Virus record (IMG/VR): IMGVR_UViG_3300034012_002457 | Span: 4,542 to 68,541 of that record | Length of the DNA: 64,000 nucleotides | Source: a virus | Strand: one strand, 5' to 3' | Part shown: piece by piece, positions 55,501-64,000 of the stretch | Layout of the letters: each line of letters opens with the position of its first letter | How positions within the stretch are numbered: the stretch's first letter is position 1 | The notes under the pieces: model-generated | The model's database searches: none | What the model was told of the DNA's origin: nothing | What the model saw: the letters and a program-made list of their open reading frames with translations, nothing else | Position numbers and translations under genes: made by a program

Positions 55501-56805
55501 AGTGATTCTGGAGATGGAAAAGGCAAAACAAAGCGAATTCCCTTTGAACAAATTGCTGATTATGAAAGTCAGCGTCAAGCAAAAATGGCGGCGTCCGATA
55601 AAGAACGTCGCTTAAGTGAACTAATTCGCGATGCGAGATTACAAGGGAATGAGGCGGAAGCTGAAAGCTTAGAGGCATTGCGCCCTGCCCTTGAGATTCG
55701 CGGAAAGATTGCAAGCCTAGAAGAATTTAGAAATATGCTGATTAACAAAGAAAATCAGATTGTTGGCAAATCATTAACACAGCAGCAGTTTAACAATAAA
55801 CTGCAAAATGCGAATGTCGAGCTATATGTATTACGCAACGAATTGCAGGAAACTTTTGACAAGCTTAAGGTGGATGAAGCAAAAAGGGCAAAAGATGAAT
55901 TAAAGGATCTTGACGACAAGATTAAAAAACAGCAAGAGTTTCAAAAACTTTTAAATGCCACTCAAATGGCTGCTGGGACAATGAGCCCAATTGAAATGGC
56001 TCGCGCTCAACAGCAGCAGCAGTTTGCTGATGACATGGCAAGGGCAAAAGAACTTGGTGCCAGTCAAGTGGAACTGGCTGATCTCGCCAAAGCTCAAGCC
56101 GCCATTCCTGCTGTCGGCTCATTGGAAGAGGCCATGAATAAACTTAAGGGGGAATTGAAAGATTTAACAAGTCTCAATGAAGTTGTTAAAAACTCTGCGA
56201 AAGGGATTGGGGAGGCATTCGGCAATTCTTTCAAAGAAATTGTCAATGGCTCAATGACTGCCCAAGAGGCATTGGCTTCTTTCTTCCAAAACATAGGAGA
56301 TTATTTCCTTGATATGGCGGCAAGGATGATTGCGAAATGGATGGAAATGCAAGTTATTGGCCTTGCACAAAATCTTTTATCCGCATTCTCCGGTGTCGGC
56401 GGAGGCGGGAGCAATGTCTTTGGCGGCGGTGCTCGGGGGCTCAGCACAACAGTTGGCTTTGGCACTGGTATTAGCGGTTTTGCCAATGGTGGTATTGCCG
56501 GGGGCGGCATTATTCCACTTAAAGCCTTTGCAGATGGCGGGACTGTGCAGGGGCCAACCCTTGGTCTTGTTGGTGAGGGGCGTTATAATGAAGCCATCGT
56601 ACCCCTCCCGGATGGACGCTCCATTCCGGTGGAATTACAGGGTTCTAATTCAGGCGATATAAACGTAATCGTAAATGTAGATGCGAAAAACACTCAAGTG
56701 TCTGGCGACGAAGGACAAGCAAGGGCTCTTGCAAGTGTTGTTAGTTCGGCAGTGCAAGCGGAACTCATCAAGCAAAAACGCCCTGGTGGACTCTTGAGGC
56801 AATAA
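52519..56805 (+). CDS. Tape measure protein
   Basis: 1428 aa, helical; IASPSK, QMASKGQVMSEELKGQLG, FADGG..GE...EAIVPL. Confidence 0.92.
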   Translation: MAAQDAELKLKVSLDLAFFRQQLIGLGQAAAGYKIPVQVQFDRRSVQNELNALGRNISQRTYRLEVATNLAAEIKNAGTLAKALRGLDNAVQKNKGIANRTVTGQAVGTVDASSFSAMLNRATKPALEALYQAMAKAKIPMADVGRGTVNELRTSIISGVPAITRDIAQGLANGLDPKLKENGREGAKSFIDAFKSATGIASPSKIFKQLGEFSADGLEIGFLNGLREFKGKAVAEIKKIVALMKLELASVGDVNLRAGIGGARGNVRGGVQYMGPIGPLPLGSAQPWARGDRGMYGGGGYEPYMATQGFGAGGRGASNARSVFASPSMLGLGQLALPAAGQTSASISQQARIAQAYARSSERGASVFGEDIYRQGLRTAAGQVPMGGGRFLPPGGGGGGGPSGGAGGFGMGDFGRAMGGINLPGAGTIRELGSEFGFATKQVLLFGQAYKLLGFAQDLPSQVGNAVSKLQSFRNTLSSITGSAKEAGQANQFILETVDKYNIPLQSARDGFTKLFASMAPAGFSAGEIQDLFLSISKAAATFGMSADKVDRVNYAFAQMASKGQVMSEELKGQLGDVLPGAMGIFAEAAGFKGPDAIQKFGKALEDGAYKGQAMRDLLKNVTIVMNKEFGPGAEGAARTFQGVINRMQNSTQLFYESFEPVAVGFLNSVVVPITSGIKTITDGFTAFLSGTQAQTAGGSAFAAQLKELKPAFDGIQRNIQSLLPIFSQFGQILLQVSKFLIQIAGNPVVGYLAKLYLVALPINLVFGRIATTIGSVYASMTTLNVGLLAGAQRFKTVDMVMKGFNLTAGQATGVLRGIAPALNAVTLGLRAFGATAILAGISLVIERIMSLKGAVDSVRQSTQMMLASISSMANSGAVRELKNLGKDIGKQVSTFEGLRPFVSGQGGRGLPAKRLTPQAAATMEEIGLGGFVGKDVFDKPYVKDFVNASRIIEERLISLRKSAASVKEKLPLAEQAAADLAKQTKAPEITPITSDSGDGKGKTKRIPFEQIADYESQRQAKMAASDKERRLSELIRDARLQGNEAEAESLEALRPALEIRGKIASLEEFRNMLINKENQIVGKSLTQQQFNNKLQNANVELYVLRNELQETFDKLKVDEAKRAKDELKDLDDKIKKQQEFQKLLNATQMAAGTMSPIEMARAQQQQQFADDMARAKELGASQVELADLAKAQAAIPAVGSLEEAMNKLKGELKDLTSLNEVVKNSAKGIGEAFGNSFKEIVNGSMTAQEALASFFQNIGDYFLDMAARMIAKWMEMQVIGLAQNLLSAFSGVGGGGSNVFGGGARGLSTTVGFGTGISGFANGGIAGGGIIPLKAFADGGTVQGPTLGLVGEGRYNEAIVPLPDGRSIPVELQGSNSGDINVIVNVDAKNTQVSGDEGQARALASVVSSAVQAELIKQKRPGGLLRQ

Positions 56806-56811
56806 CTAGTT

Positions 56812-57153
56812 ATGGCCACATTCCCTTCCATTGACCCTGCTTTTGACGCTCAAAAGCGCAGTAAGCCTCGCTTGCGGACTGTACAATTTGGCGATGGGTA
56901 TGAACAAAGACTTTCCTACGGAAACAATCAAAATCCCAAGGAATGGTCAGTTATGTTTATGGTTGACAACACTGATGCCGATACCATTGAAACCTTCCTA
57001 GATGCCCGTGGCGAAGATGGTCAATCCTTTGATTGGACGCCTCCCAATGAGGCTACGGCTTATAAATGGGTGTGTGATGAATGGAACAAGAGGATAGTGG
57101 GTGAAAATTTTAATGAAATTAGTGCTGTTTTTCGTCAAGTTTTTGAACCTTAA
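56812..57153 (+). CDS. Distal tail protein (lambda gpM-like)
   Basis: VQFGDGYEQR, FL......SFDWTPP, FRQVFEP. Confidence 0.88.
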   Translation: MATFPSIDPAFDAQKRSKPRLRTVQFGDGYEQRLSYGNNQNPKEWSVMFMVDNTDADTIETFLDARGEDGQSFDWTPPNEATAYKWVCDEWNKRIVGENFNEISAVFRQVFEP

Positions 57154-57156
57154 ATA

Positions 57157-58050
57157 ATGGCTTACGCTGCATGGAGTGCTAGCACCGCTTATGCTGTTGG
57201 CGACGTTGTTCGCGCCAGCAGTTTACAAGCTAGTGGCCTTGTCTTTTATTGCGCCATAGCTGGCACTTCGGCTGCTTCTCAGCCCGCTTGGCCCACTGAT
57301 ATTGGCAGCATCATTGTTGATGGAACAATAACTTGGAAGGCCTTTAGCAGTGTTTACGAGGAACTTGCAACAATAGCGCCCAGTGCCATTATTGAACTTT
57401 TTGAAATGACTTTAGATGGCAATTTACACGGAAGCACGGATACTTATCGTTGGCATAATGGCTGCAATGCTAATGTCACTGGAAATATTGTATGGAATGG
57501 CAATAGTTACATTCGCCTGCCCGTACAGGCCGAAGGTTTTGAATATAGTAATACCGGCATGTTGCCTCGTCCAACATTAACCATTAGCAATCTTGATGGC
57601 ACCATGACCACATTGCTATTATTGGTTAATGCCACCACGCCCGGCAATGATTTAGGGGGCGCTACAGTTAAGCGTATTCGCACATTAAGGAAATATCTTG
57701 ATGGTGAAGCCAATGCCGATCCTCATGCAAAATTTCCCGATGAAGTTTGGTATATAGATAGGAAGACAAACGAAAATCGTGATTCGGTGAGTTTTGAACT
57801 TGCTAGCAAATTTGACTTGGCTGGTGTCATGATTCCCAAGCGACAAATTATTGCAAATATTTGTCAATGGCAATATCGAAGCTCTGAATGTGGCTACACA
57901 GGAAGTGGTTACTGGGACGCAAATGATAGTGTCGTGGGGACGTTAGCGCAGGATAAATGCGGCAAGCGTCTTAGCTCCTGCAAGTTGCGTTTTGGTGAAA
58001 CTGCCGAGTTGCCCTTTGGGAGCTATCCAGGCGCTGGTCTTACGCAATGA
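57157..58050 (+). CDS. Minor tail protein (lambda gpL-like)
   Basis: RPTLTISN, C.WQYRS.ECGY...D.CGKRLSSCKLRF Fe-S motif. Confidence 0.9.
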   Translation: MAYAAWSASTAYAVGDVVRASSLQASGLVFYCAIAGTSAASQPAWPTDIGSIIVDGTITWKAFSSVYEELATIAPSAIIELFEMTLDGNLHGSTDTYRWHNGCNANVTGNIVWNGNSYIRLPVQAEGFEYSNTGMLPRPTLTISNLDGTMTTLLLLVNATTPGNDLGGATVKRIRTLRKYLDGEANADPHAKFPDEVWYIDRKTNENRDSVSFELASKFDLAGVMIPKRQIIANICQWQYRSSECGYTGSGYWDANDSVVGTLAQDKCGKRLSSCKLRFGETAELPFGSYPGAGLTQ

Positions 58051-58760
58051 AACTCAATAAATCCATCCAAGAGGCTGCACTGGAGCACGCCAAGGCGGAG
58101 TTCCCAAGGGAATCCTGCGGCTTGGTGGCCGTGGTCAAAGGTCGGAAGCGGTATTTCCCCTGCCGCAACATGGCGGAAACGCCAGACGAACATTTTGTAC
58201 TGGATCCTGCCGACTACGTTGCCGCCGAAGAGCAGGGCGAAATCGTGGCCGTGGTGCATAGCCACCCCAAAACCAACCACGCACCATCCCAAGCCGACCG
58301 CGTTGCCTGCGAGAAATCCGGCCTGCCCTGGCACATTGTCAATCCCCAAACCGAACAGTGGGGATATTGCGAACCCGAAGGCTTTGAGCTGCCGTATGTA
58401 GGACGTAGGTTTGTGTTTGGAATTGTAGATTGCTATACATTATGCCGCGATTGGTATAACCGCGAGTTTGGCTTAAATTTAAGAGACTACGATCGTCGTG
58501 ATAAGTTTTGGCTTAAAGGCGATAATTTGTATTTAGATAATTTTGCAAACGAGGGTTTTCGCTTGATTTCATTGGATGAATTGCAATATGGTGATGCAAT
58601 TTTAATGCAACTCGCGTCGCCCCTCCCGAATCATGCTGCCATTTACATGGGAGATCAAACAATTCTTCATCATCTACAGGGAAGATTAAGTAGTCGTGAC
58701 ATCTATGGTGGCTATTATTTAAAAAGCACTGCTAAGGTTTTGCGGCATGAAAGTCGTTAA
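58047..58760 (+). CDS. Tail assembly protein (lambda gpK-like; JAB + NlpC/P60)
   Basis: PRESCG, VHSHP...PSQAD; DCYTL...NHAAIY.G...ILHH. Confidence 0.9.
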   Translation: MKLNKSIQEAALEHAKAEFPRESCGLVAVVKGRKRYFPCRNMAETPDEHFVLDPADYVAAEEQGEIVAVVHSHPKTNHAPSQADRVACEKSGLPWHIVNPQTEQWGYCEPEGFELPYVGRRFVFGIVDCYTLCRDWYNREFGLNLRDYDRRDKFWLKGDNLYLDNFANEGFRLISLDELQYGDAILMQLASPLPNHAAIYMGDQTILHHLQGRLSSRDIYGGYYLKSTAKVLRHESR

Positions 58761-59418
58761 GGTTTATGGCGCTCTTCGTAAAAAACTAGGCAGGTGTCGT
58801 TTTCAGTTTGAAGCTGACACTCCGGCTCAGGCATTAAAGGCATTGTGTGTAAATTTCCCAGGTCTGGAGAAGTGGCTATTAGATAGTGAGAAAGATGGCG
58901 TTGGCTATCGTATTACTCTTGGGAAAGAAAAAATTACAGAAAATAATATAAGCATGATGGCTTTCCCCTGGAGCGAGCGTGAGGTTTTTAGTATCACTCC
59001 AGTTATCGCTGGTGCAGGCCAGGGCGGCGGCCAAATCTTGGCAGGCATCGGTCTTGTCGCACTGGCAATTGTCGCCGGTCCAGTTGCAGGCGGTTTCCTT
59101 GGTTTAGGTGCTGGCCTAAGCGGTGTTGGCGGAGGTATCGCAGCATCTGGTTTGATTGGTGGTGCAGCCGCATCTGCCTTGGGATTTGTCGGTTTGTCTC
59201 TTGCCATTGGTGGCGTCGCACAAGCACTTTCACCCGCCCCAGTTCAATCCACAACCACGACAGAACGCGGACGCGACGCTGCAAAGTTTGAATCTTTCAC
59301 CTTTTCTGGTATTGTCAACACCGCTAAGCAAGGATTGCCTGTACCAATTGCTTATGGACGTGTATTTGTTGGCTCTGCCGTTCTTTCTAGTGGTCTTGAT
59401 GTTGATCAATTGATATGA
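58747..59418 (+). CDS. Tail assembly protein (lambda gpI-like; ubiquitin-like fold)
   Basis: VKVYGAL, PVIAGAG, NT..QG.PVP.AYGR..VGS. Confidence 0.9.
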   Translation: MKVVKVYGALRKKLGRCRFQFEADTPAQALKALCVNFPGLEKWLLDSEKDGVGYRITLGKEKITENNISMMAFPWSEREVFSITPVIAGAGQGGGQILAGIGLVALAIVAGPVAGGFLGLGAGLSGVGGGIAASGLIGGAAASALGFVGLSLAIGGVAQALSPAPVQSTTTTERGRDAAKFESFTFSGIVNTAKQGLPVPIAYGRVFVGSAVLSSGLDVDQLI

Positions 59419-62400
59419 CACGCATTGTTGGCGCTGGTGGTGGTGGCGGAGGTGGATGCTTCCTGGGACATACGCTTGTTCGCGTTCCAGGTGGTGAGCA
59501 TCGTATTGATGAGCTACAGCCCGGCGATCTTGTCCTAAGTTTTGACCACACCGGCCAAGTCCACGAAGCCAAGATTCTCAAGGTTCATGAGCACAAAGGC
59601 GAGCGCGTCGTCCGTTATACGCTCTGGGGCGGGCAGCATCTTGATGCCACCCCCAACCACTGGGTGCTTAACCAGTTCAATGCCTTTGTCGAAATCGACA
59701 CACTCAGTTCTGATGATTGCCTTGTTGATGTCAACGGCCACCTGCGCCCCATCGTCAGCAAAACCGAAATCGGTACTGGCACAGTTTACAACCTGACAGT
59801 AGAAGGACATCACACCTTCATCGCCAACAACATCCGCGTCCACAACGCCGGCCTGGGTCTTGGTATTGCTGGCGCCGGCGGTGGGGGCGGTGGTGGTGGC
59901 AAAGGCGGCGGTGGTGGAGGATCTAGCCGCACCCCAACAGAAGCCGACGACTCACTGCAGTCAGTTCAATATGCCAGCGTGCTGGATCTGCTATGCGAAG
60001 GCGAAATTGACGGCATTGAAAACGGCGAAAAAGGCATTTACTTAGAAGGCACCCCAGTCCGCGACGCTGCCAACAATCCAAATTTTGAAGGCTATACAGT
60101 CGTCACCCGCACTGGCACGCAAGCCCAGAGCTACATCAGCAACGCGATTGGCACCGAAAGCGAAGAGAGCGTCAACGTCGAAGTTGTTAACGCCACTCCT
60201 GTTGTCCGTACCATCAGCGATTCCGACGTGGATCGTGTGCGCGTCACGCTTCAAGTTCCATCACTGCAAATCATCGAAGACGACGGCGACATTGTTGGTC
60301 ACAGCGTCCAAATTCAAATCCAAGTGCAATACAACGCCGGCGGCTACACAACCGTCGTAGATGACACGATCAGCGGCAAAACCAGCAATCGCTATCAGCG
60401 CGATTACATGATTCCGCTGTCTGGTGCGTTTCCAGTTGACATCAAAGTTGTCCGTGTCAGCGCCGATGAATCCAGCACCAAACGCCAAAACCTCACCTAC
60501 TGGTTCAGCTACACAGAAATTATCGACGAAAAACTGCGCTACCCAAATAGCGCACTCTGTTACCTGCGGTTTGATTCCCGCCAGTTCGACTCAATCCCAA
60601 CCCGTAAGTATCTGATTCGCGGGCAAAAAATCCAACTGCCCAGTAACGCCACCGTCGATACCACCACCTATCTAGGCCGCGTTACTTATGCCGGCGTCTG
60701 GGACGGCACTTTTGGCGCAGCAACTTGGTGTAACGATCCGGCTTGGTGTCTCTGGGACTTGCTCACGAACACCCGTTACGGCGCCAGCATTCCCACCAGC
60801 AGCCTGGATCGCTACGACTTCTATGCAATTTCCCAATATTGCAACGCCCTTGTTGACAACGGCAAAGGTGGCTTGGAACCCCGTTTCTCCTGCAACCTGC
60901 TAATTAACAGCCGCGACGAGGTTTATAACGTCATCCAAGAGATGACCAGCCTGTTCCGTGGCATCGCTTACTACGGCGCCGGCTCACTAGTGCTCCAGCA
61001 AGACAAGCCGACCGACTCGCAGTATTTGCTGGGACCAAGCAATGTCGTTGACGGCATTTTTGTTTATAGCGGCACATCACAAAAAGCACGCCATAGCGTT
61101 GCCACTGTTGCTTGGCAGTCTTACGACACCTTGGGTGAAGTTGAGTACGAATACATCGAAGATGCAGACGCTGTAGCCAAATACGGCATCATCAACAAAG
61201 ACATCAAAGCCCTCGGTTGTTACAGCCAAGGTCAAGCGCACCGCGCTGGTAAGTGGGCACTCCTTAGCGAACAAAACCTGACTGAAACAGTTACCTTCTC
61301 GGTGTCTATCGACAGCGGCATCATCTTGCGCCCTGCAATGGTGATTGACATTGCCGACCCGATGAAGGCTGGCACACGTCGCAGCGGGCGCATCAATTCT
61401 GCAACCACAACAGCAATAACTATCGACAACAACAGTCTGACCGTCAACGTATCTAGTAGCCCAACTATTTCGGTCTTGATGCCAACCGGCTTGGTTGAAA
61501 CACGCACCATTGTTAACATTTCAGGCCGCATTATCACAGTCAACAGCGCCTTCAGCGAAGCCCCCAACGCCAACGCAATCTGGCTCATCCAAACCAGCGA
61601 CATCGAAGCACAACAGTTTCGCGTTCTTAATGTTGCTGAATCGGAAGACGGCATCTACGGCGTCACCGCCCTGCAGTACAACAGCAGCATTTACAACGCG
61701 ATTGAAAGCGACAATACTCTGACCACCCGCGACATCAGTAACCTCAGCGATCCACCTGATCCGGTCAGCAGCATCAGCGGCACTGAATATCTCTATCAAG
61801 ACGGCCAAGGTGTATTTTCGGGCTTCAGCCTTAGCTGGATCAGCCCCAAGGAACGTGTTTCTGAGTTTCGCATCAAATACCGAATTGACAACGACAACTG
61901 GCAGCAAATCAATACGACATCACCATCAACAAAAATTCTTGATACACGCCCTGGAACGCTTTACATCCAAATCCAGGCATATAGCTATTTGAACAAAGGC
62001 AGTGCAATCGCCACCGCGCAATTCCCGCTTGTTGGCAAAACCGCCGTTCCCGGCAATGTCCAAAACCTCAGCTTTGAGGCCATCAATGCCAATTCAGGTC
62101 GTCTGCGCTGGGATGAAACCGTAGACCTCGATGTGAAGGTTGGCGGCAAAATCCACATCCGCCATAGCAACCTGACGGATGGTTCAGCTAGCTGGAGCAA
62201 CAGCGTCGATCTGATCCCCGCCAAATCCGGTAGCGCTACTGAGGCCATCATCCCGCTGGTGGAAGGCGAGGTGCTGGTCAAGTTTGAAGATGACGGAGGC
62301 CGCCAAAGCGCCAGCGAAACTAGCATCATCATCGACTTGCCCGACACGCTGGCACCACTCACGCTGATCAACCGGCGCGAAGACCAAGACGCCCCACCAT

Positions 62401-63164
62401 TCCAAGGCACCCGCACCAACACCTTCTACAGCGACGAATTTGACGCCCTGACACTGGATGGCTCAGAACTTCTGGATGACGTGCCTGATGTGGACGCTAT
62501 GGTGACATTTGACGTAATTGGGGATGTTCAAAGTTCTGGCACTTATAATTTCGCCAACACTGTTGATTTTGGCAACATATATTCCATTGACTTCAGTCGT
62601 TATTTTGTCACTCGTGGTTATTTCCCGAGTGATTTGGTTGATAGTCGTTTGGGGGAAGTAGACACTTGGAGCGATTGGGACGGCGGCGTGATTGACTCTG
62701 TAAACGCAGTGCTTGAACTTCGCAGCACCACTGACAATCCCAGTAGTAGTCCAACTTGGAGTGCTTGGCAACCCTTTGTTAATGGTACGTTCCGTGGCCG
62801 TGGTTTTCAATTCCGTACCACATTGACTAGTAGTGACATTGCAGAAAACATCCTCGTCGATGAGCTGGGCTACCTCGCCACCGTCCAACGCAGAACTGAG
62901 CAAAGCAACGCTGCGACCAGTGGCACCACTAACACGGCAATAACCTTTCCTTATCCATTCTTCACTGGAACTGCAAGTATTGGCGGACTCAATGCTTATC
63001 TGCCTAGTGTTGGCATTACTGCACAAAACATGCAGGCAGGAGATTATTTCCAAATTGGTAGCGTTACTGACAGCGGTTTTGTTATTAGCTTCTATGATTC
63101 CAGCGCCAATCCAATTACGCGACAATTTACGTGGAGCGCCACCGGATATGGTAAACGCGCTTAG
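59415..63164 (+). CDS. Central tail tip protein (lambda gpJ-like) with N-terminal Hint domain
   Basis: DLLCEGEIDG, LRYPNSA, NDPAWCLWDLLT..RYG, EPRFSCN, QAHRAGKW, FN3 repeats. Confidence 0.92.
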   Translation: MTRIVGAGGGGGGGCFLGHTLVRVPGGEHRIDELQPGDLVLSFDHTGQVHEAKILKVHEHKGERVVRYTLWGGQHLDATPNHWVLNQFNAFVEIDTLSSDDCLVDVNGHLRPIVSKTEIGTGTVYNLTVEGHHTFIANNIRVHNAGLGLGIAGAGGGGGGGGKGGGGGGSSRTPTEADDSLQSVQYASVLDLLCEGEIDGIENGEKGIYLEGTPVRDAANNPNFEGYTVVTRTGTQAQSYISNAIGTESEESVNVEVVNATPVVRTISDSDVDRVRVTLQVPSLQIIEDDGDIVGHSVQIQIQVQYNAGGYTTVVDDTISGKTSNRYQRDYMIPLSGAFPVDIKVVRVSADESSTKRQNLTYWFSYTEIIDEKLRYPNSALCYLRFDSRQFDSIPTRKYLIRGQKIQLPSNATVDTTTYLGRVTYAGVWDGTFGAATWCNDPAWCLWDLLTNTRYGASIPTSSLDRYDFYAISQYCNALVDNGKGGLEPRFSCNLLINSRDEVYNVIQEMTSLFRGIAYYGAGSLVLQQDKPTDSQYLLGPSNVVDGIFVYSGTSQKARHSVATVAWQSYDTLGEVEYEYIEDADAVAKYGIINKDIKALGCYSQGQAHRAGKWALLSEQNLTETVTFSVSIDSGIILRPAMVIDIADPMKAGTRRSGRINSATTTAITIDNNSLTVNVSSSPTISVLMPTGLVETRTIVNISGRIITVNSAFSEAPNANAIWLIQTSDIEAQQFRVLNVAESEDGIYGVTALQYNSSIYNAIESDNTLTTRDISNLSDPPDPVSSISGTEYLYQDGQGVFSGFSLSWISPKERVSEFRIKYRIDNDNWQQINTTSPSTKILDTRPGTLYIQIQAYSYLNKGSAIATAQFPLVGKTAVPGNVQNLSFEAINANSGRLRWDETVDLDVKVGGKIHIRHSNLTDGSASWSNSVDLIPAKSGSATEAIIPLVEGEVLVKFEDDGGRQSASETSIIIDLPDTLAPLTLINRREDQDAPPFQGTRTNTFYSDEFDALTLDGSELLDDVPDVDAMVTFDVIGDVQSSGTYNFANTVDFGNIYSIDFSRYFVTRGYFPSDLVDSRLGEVDTWSDWDGGVIDSVNAVLELRSTTDNPSSSPTWSAWQPFVNGTFRGRGFQFRTTLTSSDIAENILVDELGYLATVQRRTEQSNAATSGTTNTAITFPYPFFTGTASIGGLNAYLPSVGITAQNMQAGDYFQIGSVTDSGFVISFYDSSANPITRQFTWSATGYGKRA
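59457..59846 (+). other. Hint (intein-like) domain, 130 aa
   Basis: CFLGHTLV...IDELQPGDLV...ATPNHW...VYNLTVEGHHTFIANNIRVHN; +1 residue is Ala. Confidence 0.88.
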
Positions 63165-63188
63165 AATGTGTGAAAACTGCTGGTAAAC

Positions 63189-63968
63189 ATGCCTCCCCAA
63201 GCAGACTATGTAGTTAGCAATGGCACCGGCGCTAGCGTAAGAAGCGACATTAATAGTCAACTTGCAGCAATTGTTAGTAATAACAGCGGCGCCGTCGAGC
63301 CTTCCACCACTTATGCCTTTCAATGGTGGGCCGATACAACTACTGGCTTATTAAAAATTCGCAATGCCGCCAACTCAGCTTGGGTAACTGTTGGCACACT
63401 GGCCACCGCAAACCTTGGTCTATTGACCACCACCTCCGCTGCCAGCACCTATCTCGCCTTAGCGGGTGGCACCATTACCGGCACTCTTGAAATTGGTTCT
63501 GCTGGTTCGCTGGTGTTTGAGGGCAGCACCGCCGATGGCAACGAAACCACGCTGGCGGTTACGGACCCCACCGGCGACCGCACGATCACCTTGCCAGATG
63601 CCACTGGGACTGTGCCTCTGTTAGGCTTGGCGCAGAGTTTTACTGCGGCTCAACGTGGTAGCATTACAGCGCTGACTTCGGCCAGTACGATCACTCCTGA
63701 TTTTGCTTTGGCTAACAACTTCAGTCTGACCTTGGGGCATAACGCCACGCTGGCGAACCCCACCAACCTGACCGCCGGCCAAAGCGGCGTGATCTTCATC
63801 ACGCAAGACGCCAGCACCGCCTACACCCTGGCCTTTGGCAGCTACTGGGACTTCAGCGGCGGCACCGCCCCGACTGTCACGAGCACGCTGTCGGCGGTGG
63901 ACTGCTTGGTCTACGCGGTCCGCAGCAGCACCAGCATCCACGCCCAACTGATCACGAACCTGAGCTGA
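63189..63968 (+). CDS. Tail fibre protein
   Basis: VRSDIN..L.AI, WADTT..LLKIRN, FEG.TAD..ETTL..TDPT.DRTITLP; C-terminus paralogous to 2863..3360. Confidence 0.85.
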   Translation: MPPQADYVVSNGTGASVRSDINSQLAAIVSNNSGAVEPSTTYAFQWWADTTTGLLKIRNAANSAWVTVGTLATANLGLLTTTSAASTYLALAGGTITGTLEIGSAGSLVFEGSTADGNETTLAVTDPTGDRTITLPDATGTVPLLGLAQSFTAAQRGSITALTSASTITPDFALANNFSLTLGHNATLANPTNLTAGQSGVIFITQDASTAYTLAFGSYWDFSGGTAPTVTSTLSAVDCLVYAVRSSTSIHAQLITNLS

Positions 63969-64000
63969 GACATGGGAGTTCCCGGAAGCGCCAATTTTCT

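Overview
Most of the genome of a lambda-like long-tailed (siphovirus) phage, almost certainly a cyanophage of a picocyanobacterium. Host clues are the Cyano-SP-type RNR, a DUF4278 peptide, a glutamine riboswitch, and NtcA and cyanobacterial LexA boxes. Order: tail fibres and lysis (1-5.4 kb); nucleotide metabolism, recombination and primase-helicase (5.4-15.2 kb); many small early/middle genes (15.3-25.7 kb); a non-coding block packed with host-regulator-like boxes followed by a very GC-rich GP88-like gene (25.7-28.6 kb, possibly near the physical genome end); HNH, RNR, tRNA and a nitrogen-sensing mini-module (28.6-34.2 kb); terminase, portal and a 7-gene glycosylation island (34.2-44.7 kb); DUF2213/DUF2184 head and lambda-type tail with a Hint-containing gpJ (44.7-64 kb). 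No integrase, DNA polymerase, reverse transcriptase or CRISPR array was seen. The most notable items are: (i) the Fur/LexA/5x LysR box array; (ii) two convergent DUF4278-like peptides under an NtcA box and a glutamine riboswitch; (iii) three unannotated structured RNAs and a D-armless tRNA mimic; (iv) a second -1 frameshift in the head module; (v) the non-splicing Hint domain in gpJ. All calls come from reading the sequence; no database searches were run.
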